From positions 15,130,001 to 15,194,000 of the forward strand of contig NC_045698.1 in NCBI RefSeq assembly GCF_009834535.1: a stretch of 64,000 bases of DNA, given 5' to 3'. The notes under the pieces were generated by a model. That model was given only the letters and a program-made list of their open reading frames with translations. It was not told the DNA's origin and ran no database searches. The stretch is from Camelus ferus (Eukaryota). Of this stretch, positions 41,561 to 51,709 are shown in pieces (position 1 is the stretch's first letter; each line of letters starts with the position of its first letter). The position numbers and the translations under genes are program-made.

Positions 41561-43811
41561 AGATTCCGCATATGAACGATTTCATATGGTATTTTTCTTT
41601 CTCTTTCTGGCTTACTTCACTTAGAATGACATTCTCCAGGAGCATCCATGTTGCTGCAAATGGCATTATGTTGTCGGTTTTTATGGCTGAGTAGTATTCC
41701 ATTGTATAAATATACCACATCTTCTTTATCCAGTCACCTGTTGATGGACATTTAGGCTGTTTCCATGTTTTGGCTATTGTAAATAGTGCTGCTATGAACA
41801 TTGGGGTGCAGGTGTCATCCTGAAGTAGATTTCCTTCTGGATACAAGCCCAGGAGTGGGATTCCTGGGTCACATGGTAAGTCTATTCCTAGTCTTTTGAG
41901 GAATCTCCACACTGTTTTCCATAGTGGCTGCACCAAACTGCATTCCCACCAGCAGTGTAGGAGGGTTCCCCTTTCTCCACAGCCTCTCCAGCATTTGTCA
42001 TTTGTGGATTTTTGAATGATGGCCATTCTGACTGGTGTGAGGTGATACCTCATTGTAGTTTTGATTTGCATTTCTCTGATAATTAGTGATATTGAGCATT
42101 TTTTCATGTGCTTTTTGATCATTTGTATGTCTTCCTTGGAGAATTGCTTGTTTAGGTCTTCTGCCCACTTTTGGATTGGGTTGTTTATTTTTTTCTTATT
42201 GAGTCGTATGAGCTGCTTATATATTCTGGAGATCAAGCCTTTGTCAGTTTCACTTGCAAAAATTTTCTCCCATTCCGTAGGTTTTCTTCTTGTTTTATTT
42301 CTGGTTTCCTTTGCTGTGCAGAAGCGTGTAAGTTTCATTAGGTCCCATTTGTTTATTCTTGCTTTTATTTCTTCTAGGAGAAATTTTTTTAAATGTATGT
42401 CAGATAATGTTTTGCCTATGTTTTCCTCTAGGAGGTTTATTGTATCTTGTCTTATGTTTAAGTCTTTAATCCATTTTGAGTTGATTTTTGTGTATGGTGT
42501 AAGGGAGTGTTCTAGCTTCATTGTTTTACATGCTGCTGTCCAGTTTTCCCAACACCATTTGCTGAAGAGACTGTCTTTATTCCAATGTATATTCTTGCCT
42601 CCTTTGTCGAAGATTAGTTGACCAAAAGTTTGTGGGTTCATTTCTGGGCTCTCTATTCTGTTCCATTGGTCTATATGTCTGTTTTGGTACCAATACCATA
42701 CTGTCTTGATGACTGTAGCTCTATAGTATTGTCTGAAGTCTGGGAGAGTTATTCCTCCAGCCCCTTTCTTTCTCTTCAGTAATGCTTTGGCAATTCTAGG
42801 TCTTTGATGGTTCCATATGAATTTTATTATGATTTTTTCTAGTTCTGTGAAATATGTCCTGGGTAATTGGATAGGGATTGCATTAAATCTGTAGATTGCC
42901 TTGGGCAGTGTGACCATTTTAACAATATTGATTCTTCCAATCCAAGAGCATGGAATATCTTTCCATTTTTTAAAGTCTTCTTTAATTTCCTTCATCAATG
43001 GTTTATAGTTTTCTGTGTATAATTCTTTCACCTCCTTGGTTAGATTTATTCCCAGATATTTTATTACTTTGGGTGCTATTTTAAAGGGGGTTGTTTCTTT
43101 ACTTTCTTCTTCTGTTGATTTATCATTAGTGTAAAGAAATGCAACTGATTTTTGAACGTTAATTTTGTAACCTGCTACCTTGCTGAATTCTTCAATCAGC
43201 TCTAGTAGCTTTTGTGTGGACCTTTTAGGGTTTTCTATATATAGTAGCATGTCATCAGCATATAATGACACTTTTACCTCTTCTTTTCCAATTTGGATCC
43301 CTTTTATTTCTTTCTCTTGCCTGACTGCTGTGGCTAGGACTTCCAGGACTATGTTGAATAGGAGTGGTGATAGTGGGCATCCTTGTCTTGTCCCAGATTT
43401 TAGTGGGAAGCTTTTGAGTTTCTCACCGTTGAGTACTATGCTGGCTGTAGGTTTGTCATATATAGCTTTTATTATGTTGAGATATGTTCCCTCTATACCC
43501 ACTTTGGCGAGAGTTTTTATCATAAATGGGTGTTGAATTTTATCAAATGCTTTTTCTGCATCGATTGAGATGATCATGTGGTTTTTGTCCTTTCTCTTGT
43601 TGATGTGATGTATTACACTGATTGATTTGCATATGTTGAACCAGCCTTGTGTCCCTGGGATGAACCCCACTTGGTCATGATGTATAATCTTTTTTATGTG
43701 TTGTTGGATTCTATTTGCTAAAATTTTGGTGAGGATTTTGGCGTCTATGTTCATCAGTGATATTGGCCTATAATTCTCTTTTTTTGTAGTGTCTTTGCCT
43801 GGTTTTGGCAT
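41559..43811 (-). CDS. Open 750-codon C-terminal portion of L1 ORF2 (RT plus Cys-rich domain, no endonuclease); expression unproven
   Basis: [41 protein letters not shown] and [18 protein letters not shown] motifs, uninterrupted. Confidence 0.55.
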   Translation of the reverse strand: MPKPGKDTTKKENYRPISLMNIDAKILTKILANRIQQHIKKIIHHDQVGFIPGTQGWFNICKSISVIHHINKRKDKNHMIISIDAEKAFDKIQHPFMIKTLAKVGIEGTYLNIIKAIYDKPTASIVLNGEKLKSFPLKSGTRQGCPLSPLLFNIVLEVLATAVRQEKEIKGIQIGKEEVKVSLYADDMLLYIENPKRSTQKLLELIEEFSKVAGYKINVQKSVAFLYTNDKSTEEESKETTPFKIAPKVIKYLGINLTKEVKELYTENYKPLMKEIKEDFKKWKDIPCSWIGRINIVKMVTLPKAIYRFNAIPIQLPRTYFTELEKIIIKFIWNHQRPRIAKALLKRKKGAGGITLPDFRQYYRATVIKTVWYWYQNRHIDQWNRIESPEMNPQTFGQLIFDKGGKNIHWNKDSLFSKWCWENWTAACKTMKLEHSLTPYTKINSKWIKDLNIRQDTINLLEENIGKTLSDIHLKKFLLEEIKARINKWDLMKLTRFCTAKETRNKTRRKPTEWEKIFASETDKGLISRIYKQLIRLNKKKINNPIQKWAEDLNKQFSKEDIQMIKKHMKKCSISLIIREMQIKTTMRYHLTPVRMAIIQKSTNDKCWRGCGERGTLLHCWWECSLVQPLWKTVWRFLKRLGIDLPCDPGIPLLGLYPEGNLLQDDTCTPMFIAALFTIAKTWKQPKCPSTGDWIKKMWYIYTMEYYSAIKTDNIMPFAATWMLLENVILSEVSQKEKEKYHMKSFICGI

Positions 43812-45353
43812 CAGGGTGATGGTGGCTTCATAGAATGAGTTTGGGAGTAATCCTTCCTTTTCAATCGTCTGGAAGAGTTTGAGAAGGACTGGTATGAGTT
43901 CTTCTATTTATGTTTGGTAGAATTCCCCGGTGAAGCTGTCCGGTCCTGGACTTTTATTTGTAGGGAGGTTTTTAATTGCTATTTCTATTTCCTTTCTAGT
44001 GATCGGATTGTTCAAGTGTTCAGATTCTTCTTGATTCAGTTTTGGTGGACAGTATGTTTCCAGAAACTTGTCCATCTCCTCTAGGTTATCCAGTTTGGTT
44101 CCATACAGTTTTTCATAATATTCTCGTATGATATTCTGTATTTCTATTTTGTTTGTTGTAATTTCTCCATTTTCCTTATTTTCCTAATTTGTGCTCTCTC
44201 TTTTTTCTTCTTTGTGAGTTTGGCCAGAGGTTTGTCGATTTTATTTACTTTTTCAAAAAACCAGCTTTTGGTTTGGTTGATTTTTTCTATGGTCTTGTTA
44301 ATCTCTATTGTATTTAATTCTTCTCTGATCTTTATTATTTCCTTCCTTCTGCTGCTTTTTGGGGCTTTTTGTTCTTCTTTTTCTAATTCATTCAGGTGGT
44401 GGGTTAAATTGTTTATTTGAGATTGTTCTTCTTTTTTGAGGAAGGCCTGTATCGCTATATACTTCCCTCTTAGCACTGCCTTTGCTGTGTCCCATAGGTT
44501 TTGAGTGGTTGTGCTTTCATTATCATTTGTCTCAAGGTATTTTTTAATTTCAGCTTTGATTTCCTCATTGATCCATTGTTTTTTCAATAACATATTGTTT
44601 AATCTCCATGCCTTCCTTTTTTCCTCCTTTGTTTCTCTGTTGTTGATTTCCAGTTTCATGGCATTGTGGTCAGTAAAGATGCTTGAGATAATTTCTATCT
44701 TCTTAAAATTGTTGAGGTTTCTTTTGTGCCCAAGTACATGATCGATCCTGGAAAATGTTCCATGTGCACTTGAAAAGAATGTATATCCTATTTTTTGGGG
44801 GTGTAATGCTCTGAAAATATCCACCAAATCTAGTTTTTCTATTGTAGTATTTAATTTCTCTGTTGCCTTGTTTATTTTCTGTCTGGAAGATCTGTCTAGT
44901 GATGTTAATGCAGTGTTAAAATCTCCAACTATGATTGTATTCCCATCAATATCCCCCTTTTATCTCTGTTAGTAATTCTTGTATGTACTTAGGTGCTCCT
45001 ATATTGGGTGCATATATATTAACGAGTGTAATATCCTCATCTTGTATCACTCCTTTAATCATTATAAAATGTCCTTCTTTATCTTTCTTTATGGCCTTTG
45101 TTTTAAAGTCTATTTTGTCTGAAATCAGTACTGCAACACCTGCTTTTTTGGCTTTTCCATTTGCATGGAATATCCTTTTCCATCCTTTCACTCTCAATCT
45201 ATATGTGTCCTTCTCCCTAAAGTGGGTCTCTTGTATGCAGCATATTGAAGGTTCTTGCTTTATTATCCAGTCTGCCACTCTGTGTCTTTTGACTGGAGCA
45301 TTTAGTCCATTAACATTTACAGTAATTAATGATAGATGTGTGTTTATTGCCAT
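41559..45353 (-). pseudogene. ORF2: L1 ORF2p (APE endonuclease, reverse transcriptase, CCHC), disrupted
   Basis: Begins MAINTHLSLITVNVNGLNAP...CCIQETH. Lesions: +1 frameshift in ATAAAAGGGGG near 44958, frameshift near 44176 ([13 protein letters not shown]), and TAA at 43908-43910 (FYQT*IEEL). EN motifs GDFNT, SRIDH and TDHN are present across the frames. Confidence 0.95.
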
Positions 45354-45757
45354 TTTGAACTTATCTTTGCAGTTGAATTGGTATATCCTCTTTGTTCCTT
45401 TCTTCTTCCTTTTGTGGTTTGGTAATTTTCCTTTGTATTATCATGGATTTTATTTAATTTTTGTGACTCCTTTGTAAATTTTTGGCTTGTGGTTACCCTT
45501 TTTTGTAAATCTATCAACCCATTACTATAACTGTTTTTATTAAACTGATAGTAACATGATCTCAAACCCATCCTACTGTTAAAAAAATTTAAAAAAGAAA
45601 GAAAAAAATATTCTATATTTCCCTGCCTCCCTCTCCCACTCTCAGTGATTTGTATGTCTTCTTTTATAATTTCATGTTTACTTTATTTGTAATTCATGAG
45701 TTATCACCTTTCCAGTTGTGTGTTTCTCATTTCTGTAGCATCCTGCTGCTTTTCTAT

Positions 45758-46663
45758 TTAGAATAGCCCTTTCAATATTTCTTTTAGCATGGGTTTAGTG
45801 TTGCTAAACTCCTGCAGCTTTTTTTTTTTGTCTGTGAAACTCTTTATTTCTCCTTCTATCCTCAAGGATAGCCTTGCTGGATAAAGGATCCTAGGCTGCA
45901 TCTTTTTTTCATTCAGGGCTTTGAATATATCTTGCCACTCCCTTCTGGCCTGCAGTGTTTGTGTAGAGAAATCAGTTGAGAGCCTTATGGGGGTTCCCTT
46001 GTAACTTACTCTTTGCTTTTCTCTTGCTGCCTTTAGAATCATTTCTTTATCCTTGACTCTGGCCATCTTGATTATGATATGTCTTGGTGTGGGTCTATTT
46101 AGGTTCTTCCTGTTTGGGACCCTCTGAGCTTCCTGTACTTGGATATCTGATTCCTTCTTTAAGTTTGGGAAGTTTTCAGTCATGATTTCTTCAAAAACCT
46201 TTTCAATCCCCTTTGATCTTTCTTCTCCTTCTGGGACCCCTATTATGCGAAGATTGGGACGCTTTATATTATCCCATAGGTCCCTTATGCTATTTTCATT
46301 ATTTTTTATTTGCTTCTCTTGTAGTTCTTCTGAATGGGTGCTTTCTATTGCCCTGTCTTCTAGATCACTAATTCATTCCTCTGCATTATCTAGTCGGCTT
46401 TGCACAGCTATTAGATCATTCCTCATCTCTGTCAATGAGTTTACCCATTCTACTTGGCTCTTCTTTATAGCTTCAATTTCATTTTTGACATATTTTATAT
46501 CTCTAAACACTATCTCTTTTAATTCCTTCAGCAATTCGATCACTCCTTTTTTGAAATCTTGATCTAGTAGGCTATCGATGTCTATTTCGTTGATCTTTCT
46601 TTCAAGGGATTTCTCTTGCTCTTTTAATTGGGAAAGGTTTTTCTGCTTCTTCATCTTGCTCAT
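45758..46663 (-). pseudogene. ORF1: L1 ORF1p (coiled coil, RRM, CTD), about 301 codons with one premature stop
   Basis: ORF-track pieces 46373-46663 and 45758-46183 are in the same frame. Reading through TGA at 46373-46375 (EE*ISDLEDR, likely CGA>TGA) gives ...LWDNIKRPNLRIIGVPEGEE...ENFPNL...QEAQRVP...TPRHIIIK...ARREW...YPARLS, typical ORF1p motifs. Confidence 0.93.
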
Positions 46664-47445
46664 ACCTCTTTGGCACTGTGGTTTATGGAGTATCAGTTGT
46701 TTATTTTGGTCCTTAAGGATTTTATCTATCTGATGCCTATTTAGGAATAGAACTTAGGAAAAAAAGAAAAAAAAAAATAAGAGAGAGAGAGAAAGAATTT
46801 TAAAAGAAGGGAGAAAGAGGGTTTGAAAACAGTGTATAATGAATAATAGAAGAGTGAGTTGAAGCAGAGTATTAATCGGGTTGAGACGTCCTTTTAAAAC
46901 CTTTACAAAAAAAGGGGGGGGGGGAGATGAATAGATGTATTTGAAACCTGTGTCTAATCAATAGCAGGACATCAAAACCCAAGAGAAATAGAAATGAATT
47001 AAGAAGTAAAGATTAAGAGAGTAATAGAAAATAGAACAGGTAAAAACAGATTTAAAAAAAAAGGGGGGGGGGGTTTGTCGGTGTTCTCCTGGAGTCTGTG
47101 TGCTTTTAATGTGAAGTCTTTCTGTCTTCGTCCTGTTTTGGAAGCTCAGCTTGCTGTTTTCAGAGGCCCTCCGTTGGCACCCTCTTCTGTGCTGCTCCCA
47201 GCACCTGTCGGCAAGCAGATCGCGCCTCCTCCTAACTCTTGGTCAGATGTAGCTCTCCTCTGCTGTGGGCGGGCGGGTTGCTGCCCCTCCGGATGCCGCA
47301 GTCAGATGTTGCAGACTGGCCAGGTAGGAGGGCGGGTCGTGCCCCCTCCCAGCACCTCGGTCAGGGGCTGTGTTCCTGCCCGAAAGGCGGGGGGCCACGC
47401 TCCCTCTACCTGCGCCGCCGGTATCTCCGCTCTCTGTGCGGCTGC

Positions 47446-47496
47446 GCGCTCCGCCCTGGTCGGCGCTCCGCCCTGGTCGGCGCTCCGCCCTGGTCG
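47446..47496. repeat. 3 perfect copies of a 17-bp unit in the L1 5'UTR
   Basis: (GCGCTCCGCCCTGGTCG)x3, read directly. Confidence 0.95.
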
Positions 47497-48294
47497 TAGC
47501 TCCGCAGGTGGGCTGGGGAAGCCCGAGGGACAGCCTTGTCCCTGCTCCAAGCCAGAACCCAGCTCCTTGTTTGTCTTTGTGGAGCAAGTTCTCTGAGGGA
47601 CCAGGATGGAAGGATCCTATCTGCCCCGGGCTGCAGGCCAGTCTCAGTCTGGCCTTTGAGGCTGCTAAGCCCTTCGGTGCGGATGCAGGTTTCGCCCCCG
47701 CCCCCGCCTGAGTGCTCAGCGCGGAGGATATGGCGGCTGTGCCTGAGCCCCACCTCTCTTCCCCCGAAAACTTTCCGCGGGTTTTCAGAGATGGGGGTGT
47801 GCACCCTTCCCCCGAGAGCACATCAACCTTGCTGTTTTATGGAGGGCCCAGGTTGTTCTGCCCTGTGCACCCACAGCCACGGCGCGCAGCCCCTTGCGTT
47901 CCCCCGGGGCTGCCTCTGTGCAGTCACTTCCGTCCTCCTCCCGGCTTGTGCAGCCTGGCCCTGCCCGCCGCTGCCGGCCCGCGTCTCAGGCTGGGTGTCG
48001 GGGGGACGCTCTGTGCCCATTCAACTTAGTTCTGTTAATCAAGGGCTGCTCTGTACAGTTCTGAGCCTCGGAGGCTCCCCCTCCGTCCCGCTGGCCTCTC
48101 AGTTGGAGAGGGGAGACCCAGCCAGCGAGCGCCAGTCCTTTGCCGCTCCCTCCCCGCGGGACCCGTCCCACGCTGCTTTGCCTTTTGTTCTTTCTTTTTT
48201 CCTTTTCTCCTACCAGATTTTTGGCGTTTTTATCTTTTGAAGAGGGCGATGTTCTGTCGGAGTTCCACAGGTGCTCTGGTTGGCTGAGTGGGTC

Positions 48295-48342
48295 TGTAGA
48301 TGTGGGTCTTGGTGTAGATGTGGGTCTTGGTGTATTTGTGGG
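48295..48342. repeat. 18-bp tandem repeat near the L1 5' end
   Basis: TGTAGATGTGGGTCTTGG x2 plus a partial TGTATTTGTGGG. Confidence 0.9.
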
Positions 48343-48370
48343 AGAGGGTGACCTGCGAGCGTCCTTCTAC

Positions 48371-48381
48371 TCCGCCATCTT
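48371..48381 (-). promoter_or_regulatory. YY1 site at the L1 5' end
   Basis: AAGATGGCGGA lies 11 nt inside the element, matching the position of the canonical L1 YY1 site. Confidence 0.85.
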
Positions 48382-48392
48382 CTCCCGGAATC

Positions 48393-48406
48393 GAGAAAGT
48401 AGTTTT
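48393..48406. repeat. L1 target-site duplication, 5' copy
   Basis: GAGAAAGTAGTTTT followed by AA, which reads TT/AAAA on the L1 strand. Confidence 0.85.
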
Positions 48407-48500
48407 AATTTCTGTTCCTGGCATAGAATCTATTTGAAATTTAATAAATTATTATGAAATCAAAATTGCTTTGATACTGTAAGACAGAACTCGTTTATTA

Positions 48501-48896
48501 TGTGAAAATTAATAAGTAGAACCTTGAATTAAAATAGAACAGGAGGCCAGAAGGGGCTCTCATGCTGTACAAGTTAGCAAAGCCCAACTAGAAGAAAGAC
48601 TTCCTCTTTGTGCCTTGCAAAAACTCAGCCAATGAGAGATTGTCACAACTCAGCCAATGAAAAACCACTATACTTTGAACTCTTAATTCCTCCAATGGTC
48701 AGAGTACAAAGAGTTCTTTGTTCACCATAGCCCAATTGGCTTCCTTTTCCATTGTTTAAAAGAATTCTCCTCTCCTTGTTGGGAGGAACTTGCATGAGGA
48801 TCATCAAGGTTGCAGATCCAGAATTGCAATTCTCTGCTGAGCAAACTCCATTTTTGCTGGAGAAATAACTGACACTCAATTTGTTTTAGACTGACA
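48501..48896 (+). mobile_element. ERV1-class solo LTR
   Basis: TG...CA termini, 4-bp TSD ATTA/ATTG, duplicated AACTCAGCCAATGA CCAAT boxes, TATA-like tttaaaag, and U5-like ttttgctggagaaataactg. Confidence 0.8.
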
Positions 48897-50644
48897 ATTG
48901 TTATTCTCTTTTCCAAACATATTTATTTAAAAAGCTGTAAAGTGTTGCTTATTTCCTAAATATTTGTTTCCATGGATTCATAGCGTTGAATATAAATGGT
49001 GAGCTAAAGGACTTAATAGGGCTTATTGCATAGATAGAAGATTTTTTAAGTGCATTTTTAAAATCACACAGAGAAATATATAGTTCTCTATTTCTGAAAA
49101 GATACTGACATAGAAAATTAGGCTATTTAGATTTTTATTTAATTTTAATTTTTAATAATAGATGAAATTATATAGATGGCTTTATATCTGAACTCAAAGA
49201 ACATTAGCCAAGTAGGAGATAATTTGTTAAGTCTAAACAACTTTTGATAAATTATAAAGATGAAGGATAAACATCTCCAAGTATTAAAACAAAATTTAGC
49301 ACATAGAAAAGATTTATTTGCATTTACCGAGGATCTCATGCAGTTGATGAAGAAATACAAAAATATTGTCCTGTATTTTTTTGTGTCAATTGAATAACAA
49401 TGGCACATGAGTTAAAAGTTATCTACTCAAAAGCACAAAGCTTGCTGAGAATATTATAAATTTGATTATACCAAGTTGAGGCAAACACTTTTTTTCAGGA
49501 AAGTCATTTTACCATAGCAACCATATAATTGTGTGTGAGTGTGTGTGTGTGCACATATGTGTGTTTGAAGAAGGAATGTGCAAAGTGATAAAAGCAATAT
49601 TTACAATTTTAACTTCTGAAACATAATTAGCACTAGGTAATGACAAGCACAACAACTAAACAACAGCATGTGTCTTGCAAGATGATATCACTGTTTATAT
49701 TTGTACCTAGGACTAAAATGTCATCTATTTTAAAACTAGAACTTTAAAACTACGAATGCTTGTAATTTCAATTTTAATCAGACCAAAAGTTAACATTTGG
49801 GACCATAATTAAGTAATAAAATTGATGTGCAAATCAATACATCAACTTCTCTGCTCAGTTTGGGGTTGACCCCTGAAGCCACATCTACAAAGGCATTGAC
49901 AGTTTCACACCAAGAGGCGTATTCAAGCTCAAGAGGATGCTGATAAGGTGTAAACAGTTAAACTGTACTCTTCTTGTTGTTTGAAAAGTGCCTGTTCTCC
50001 AAAGGAAGACACACTGCTAACGTGGAACAGTAAAGATAAGGACATTCCAAACTGACACCTATTTTTATAACTTGCTCACTCAAAATAGATGAATATTAAA
50101 AAACACCAAGCACATTCAAGATAAGGGATAAAATTAATTTTTCTGTTTTAAAAAGTTACCATTATAACAAAATCAGTATAATATAACAGTGCCCTTTCTG
50201 TTGTATCATTTTACTCATCTCTAATATCTACAAGTATTAAATCTCCACAAATTCAAGAAAAAAAAAAGAAAATCAAAAGTTTTGTAAATGGAACTCCTAG
50301 AATAAAGAGACCTACACTGTAAAGTAGAATTAGAACTCCAGTAAAGAATTTTCTTAGATTTTCCATCAGAGAAAATACATCTTGTGAGATTAGGAATAAA
50401 TTGCTTTCTATGATGAGTTATACCAAAATGTTTGATTCAAAAATAATCTGAAGAAATCCAATTCAGTTATTTAAAACAGACAAGGAAATGCACAAGGGAA
50501 GGAGGCAGAGAACTGTGAATTTTTCAGCTCTTTTCTATTATATGATCTCTTATAATGTGGAATAACACTATCTATCAATATATTGTCATAAAATAATAAA
50601 ATTTCAAAACTATCACTGTTTAATAGAAATATAGAACTACAGGC

Positions 50645-50930
50645 AATAGTTTTCATCAATCTCTGGCTGCACTGCAGAAGCTGAACACAGCACTGCAGGC
50701 TTGACTTGTGGTAGAGCCAGATCTGAGCTCGCAGATCACCCAGTAGCAACGTCATAAAGGAAAGCCTATGGGGTAAAGAAATACACAAAGGAACCACTGC
50801 AGACCAAGGGAGGTAGAGCCCTTCTGAAAGGCTGGGTAATTTTTGTCTTAATACAGCATTTAATTTCTCTACTTTTTCTATACTTCGCAGACTATAAGGA
50901 CAATCATTCTTCAGAGGAGAGGGCAACCAT
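50645..50930 (-). pseudogene. Degenerate retroviral (ERV1-type) integrase fragment
   Basis: DCPYSLRSIEKVEKLNAVLRQKLPSLSEGLYLPWSAVVPL resembles the integrase core HCPYHPQSSGKVERTNGILKxKLAKL...LPWPKVLPL, recalled from memory. Confidence 0.7.
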
Positions 50931-51059
50931 GCAAAATCATTGATGGGATATGCTTGTGAAAGGAGTCTTTCCCTCACTTGATAGGGTTAGTAGAAACTGA
51001 AAACATTTCCCCTCTATTCTATTCTAATCTCTCTATAAATGTCCTTTTTCCTGTTGTGC

Positions 51060-51100
51060 TCTCTCTAGCTCTCTTGCTCTCTCTCTCTCTCTCTCTCTCT
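51060..51100. repeat. (CT)n microsatellite
   Basis: Direct reading. Confidence 0.85.
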
Positions 51101-51709
51101 GCCTCTGGCCAGGACACATATTCCAATTATAAGAATTAACTCAACTATCCAGGCAGGCTCAGAGCTCAGAAGTAATAGCCTATCCAAAATCAGATTACTT
51201 TCTCGTGCCCAAGTTAGAGCTATCAACACAGAACATAAGATCAGGATTAATTAAAAGGGTATGCCGTTTAAGGCAGGTCTGGTGGACAAGATGAGAGCTG
51301 ACTCACTTTCAGATAAATACATAGTGGTACTTCATCCTGAAGGAGAAAAAGAAATCAGGTTAAAATGAATGCACCTTTGCTGGACATGTGACATGTAAAT
51401 CACGGAATAACTTCATAAATAGTAATAGCACAAGTTTAAATATACAGTGTTAACTTGGAGTAATAATGCTTCTATCGTGTAGAGAACCCATAAGATAATA
51501 CAAAAACAAACAACAATAGCAAAAAAAAAGGAAATAAATAAGTAAGGCAGGAGCCTCTACTAATTTAGCAATGACTGCAAGTTTTCACTACATGGGGCAT
51601 TCTTTGGTAACCTGGTCCAAAAAGGATTTTTTTATTGAGTAAAAGGTAAAAGCTTTGCATAATTAGGAGCATTTAGTGTGAGGGTTATTGCAAGTCTCTT
51701 TAATGGAGG

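Larger units (their letters stand above)
41231..48392 (-). mobile_element. Full-length LINE-1 retrotransposon (camelid/cetartiodactyl-type, young but disabled)
   Basis: In order on the minus strand: 5' end GATTCCGGGAGAAGATGGCGG, GC/CpG-rich 5'UTR, ORF1, spacer, ORF2 (EN, RT, CCHC), G-rich 3'UTR, AATAAA and A8 tail. Flanked by a near-identical direct repeat at a TT/AAAA endonuclease site. Confidence 0.97.
46664..48392 (-). promoter_or_regulatory. L1 5'UTR internal Pol II promoter, CpG-island-like over about 47150-48390
   Basis: The only extended GC- and CpG-rich tract in the window. It lies upstream of ORF1 and has a pyrimidine-rich segment (sense strand) at about 46760-47075. Confidence 0.85.

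Noticed and set aside
42061..45477. Plus-strand ORFs of 68-186 aa (42061-42621, 43180-43536, 44214-44420, 44505-44741, 44935-45477)
   Set aside because: Antisense shadows of L1 ORF2 codon structure, not independent genes.
47446..47496. Possible CRISPR-like array
   Set aside because: The repeats are contiguous with no spacers, the context is mammalian and there are no cas genes.
47075..48457. Dense overlapping ORFs on both strands (up to 234 aa)
   Set aside because: Expected from scarce stop codons in the GC-rich L1 5'UTR. Several start at non-ATG codons and none shows a domain motif.
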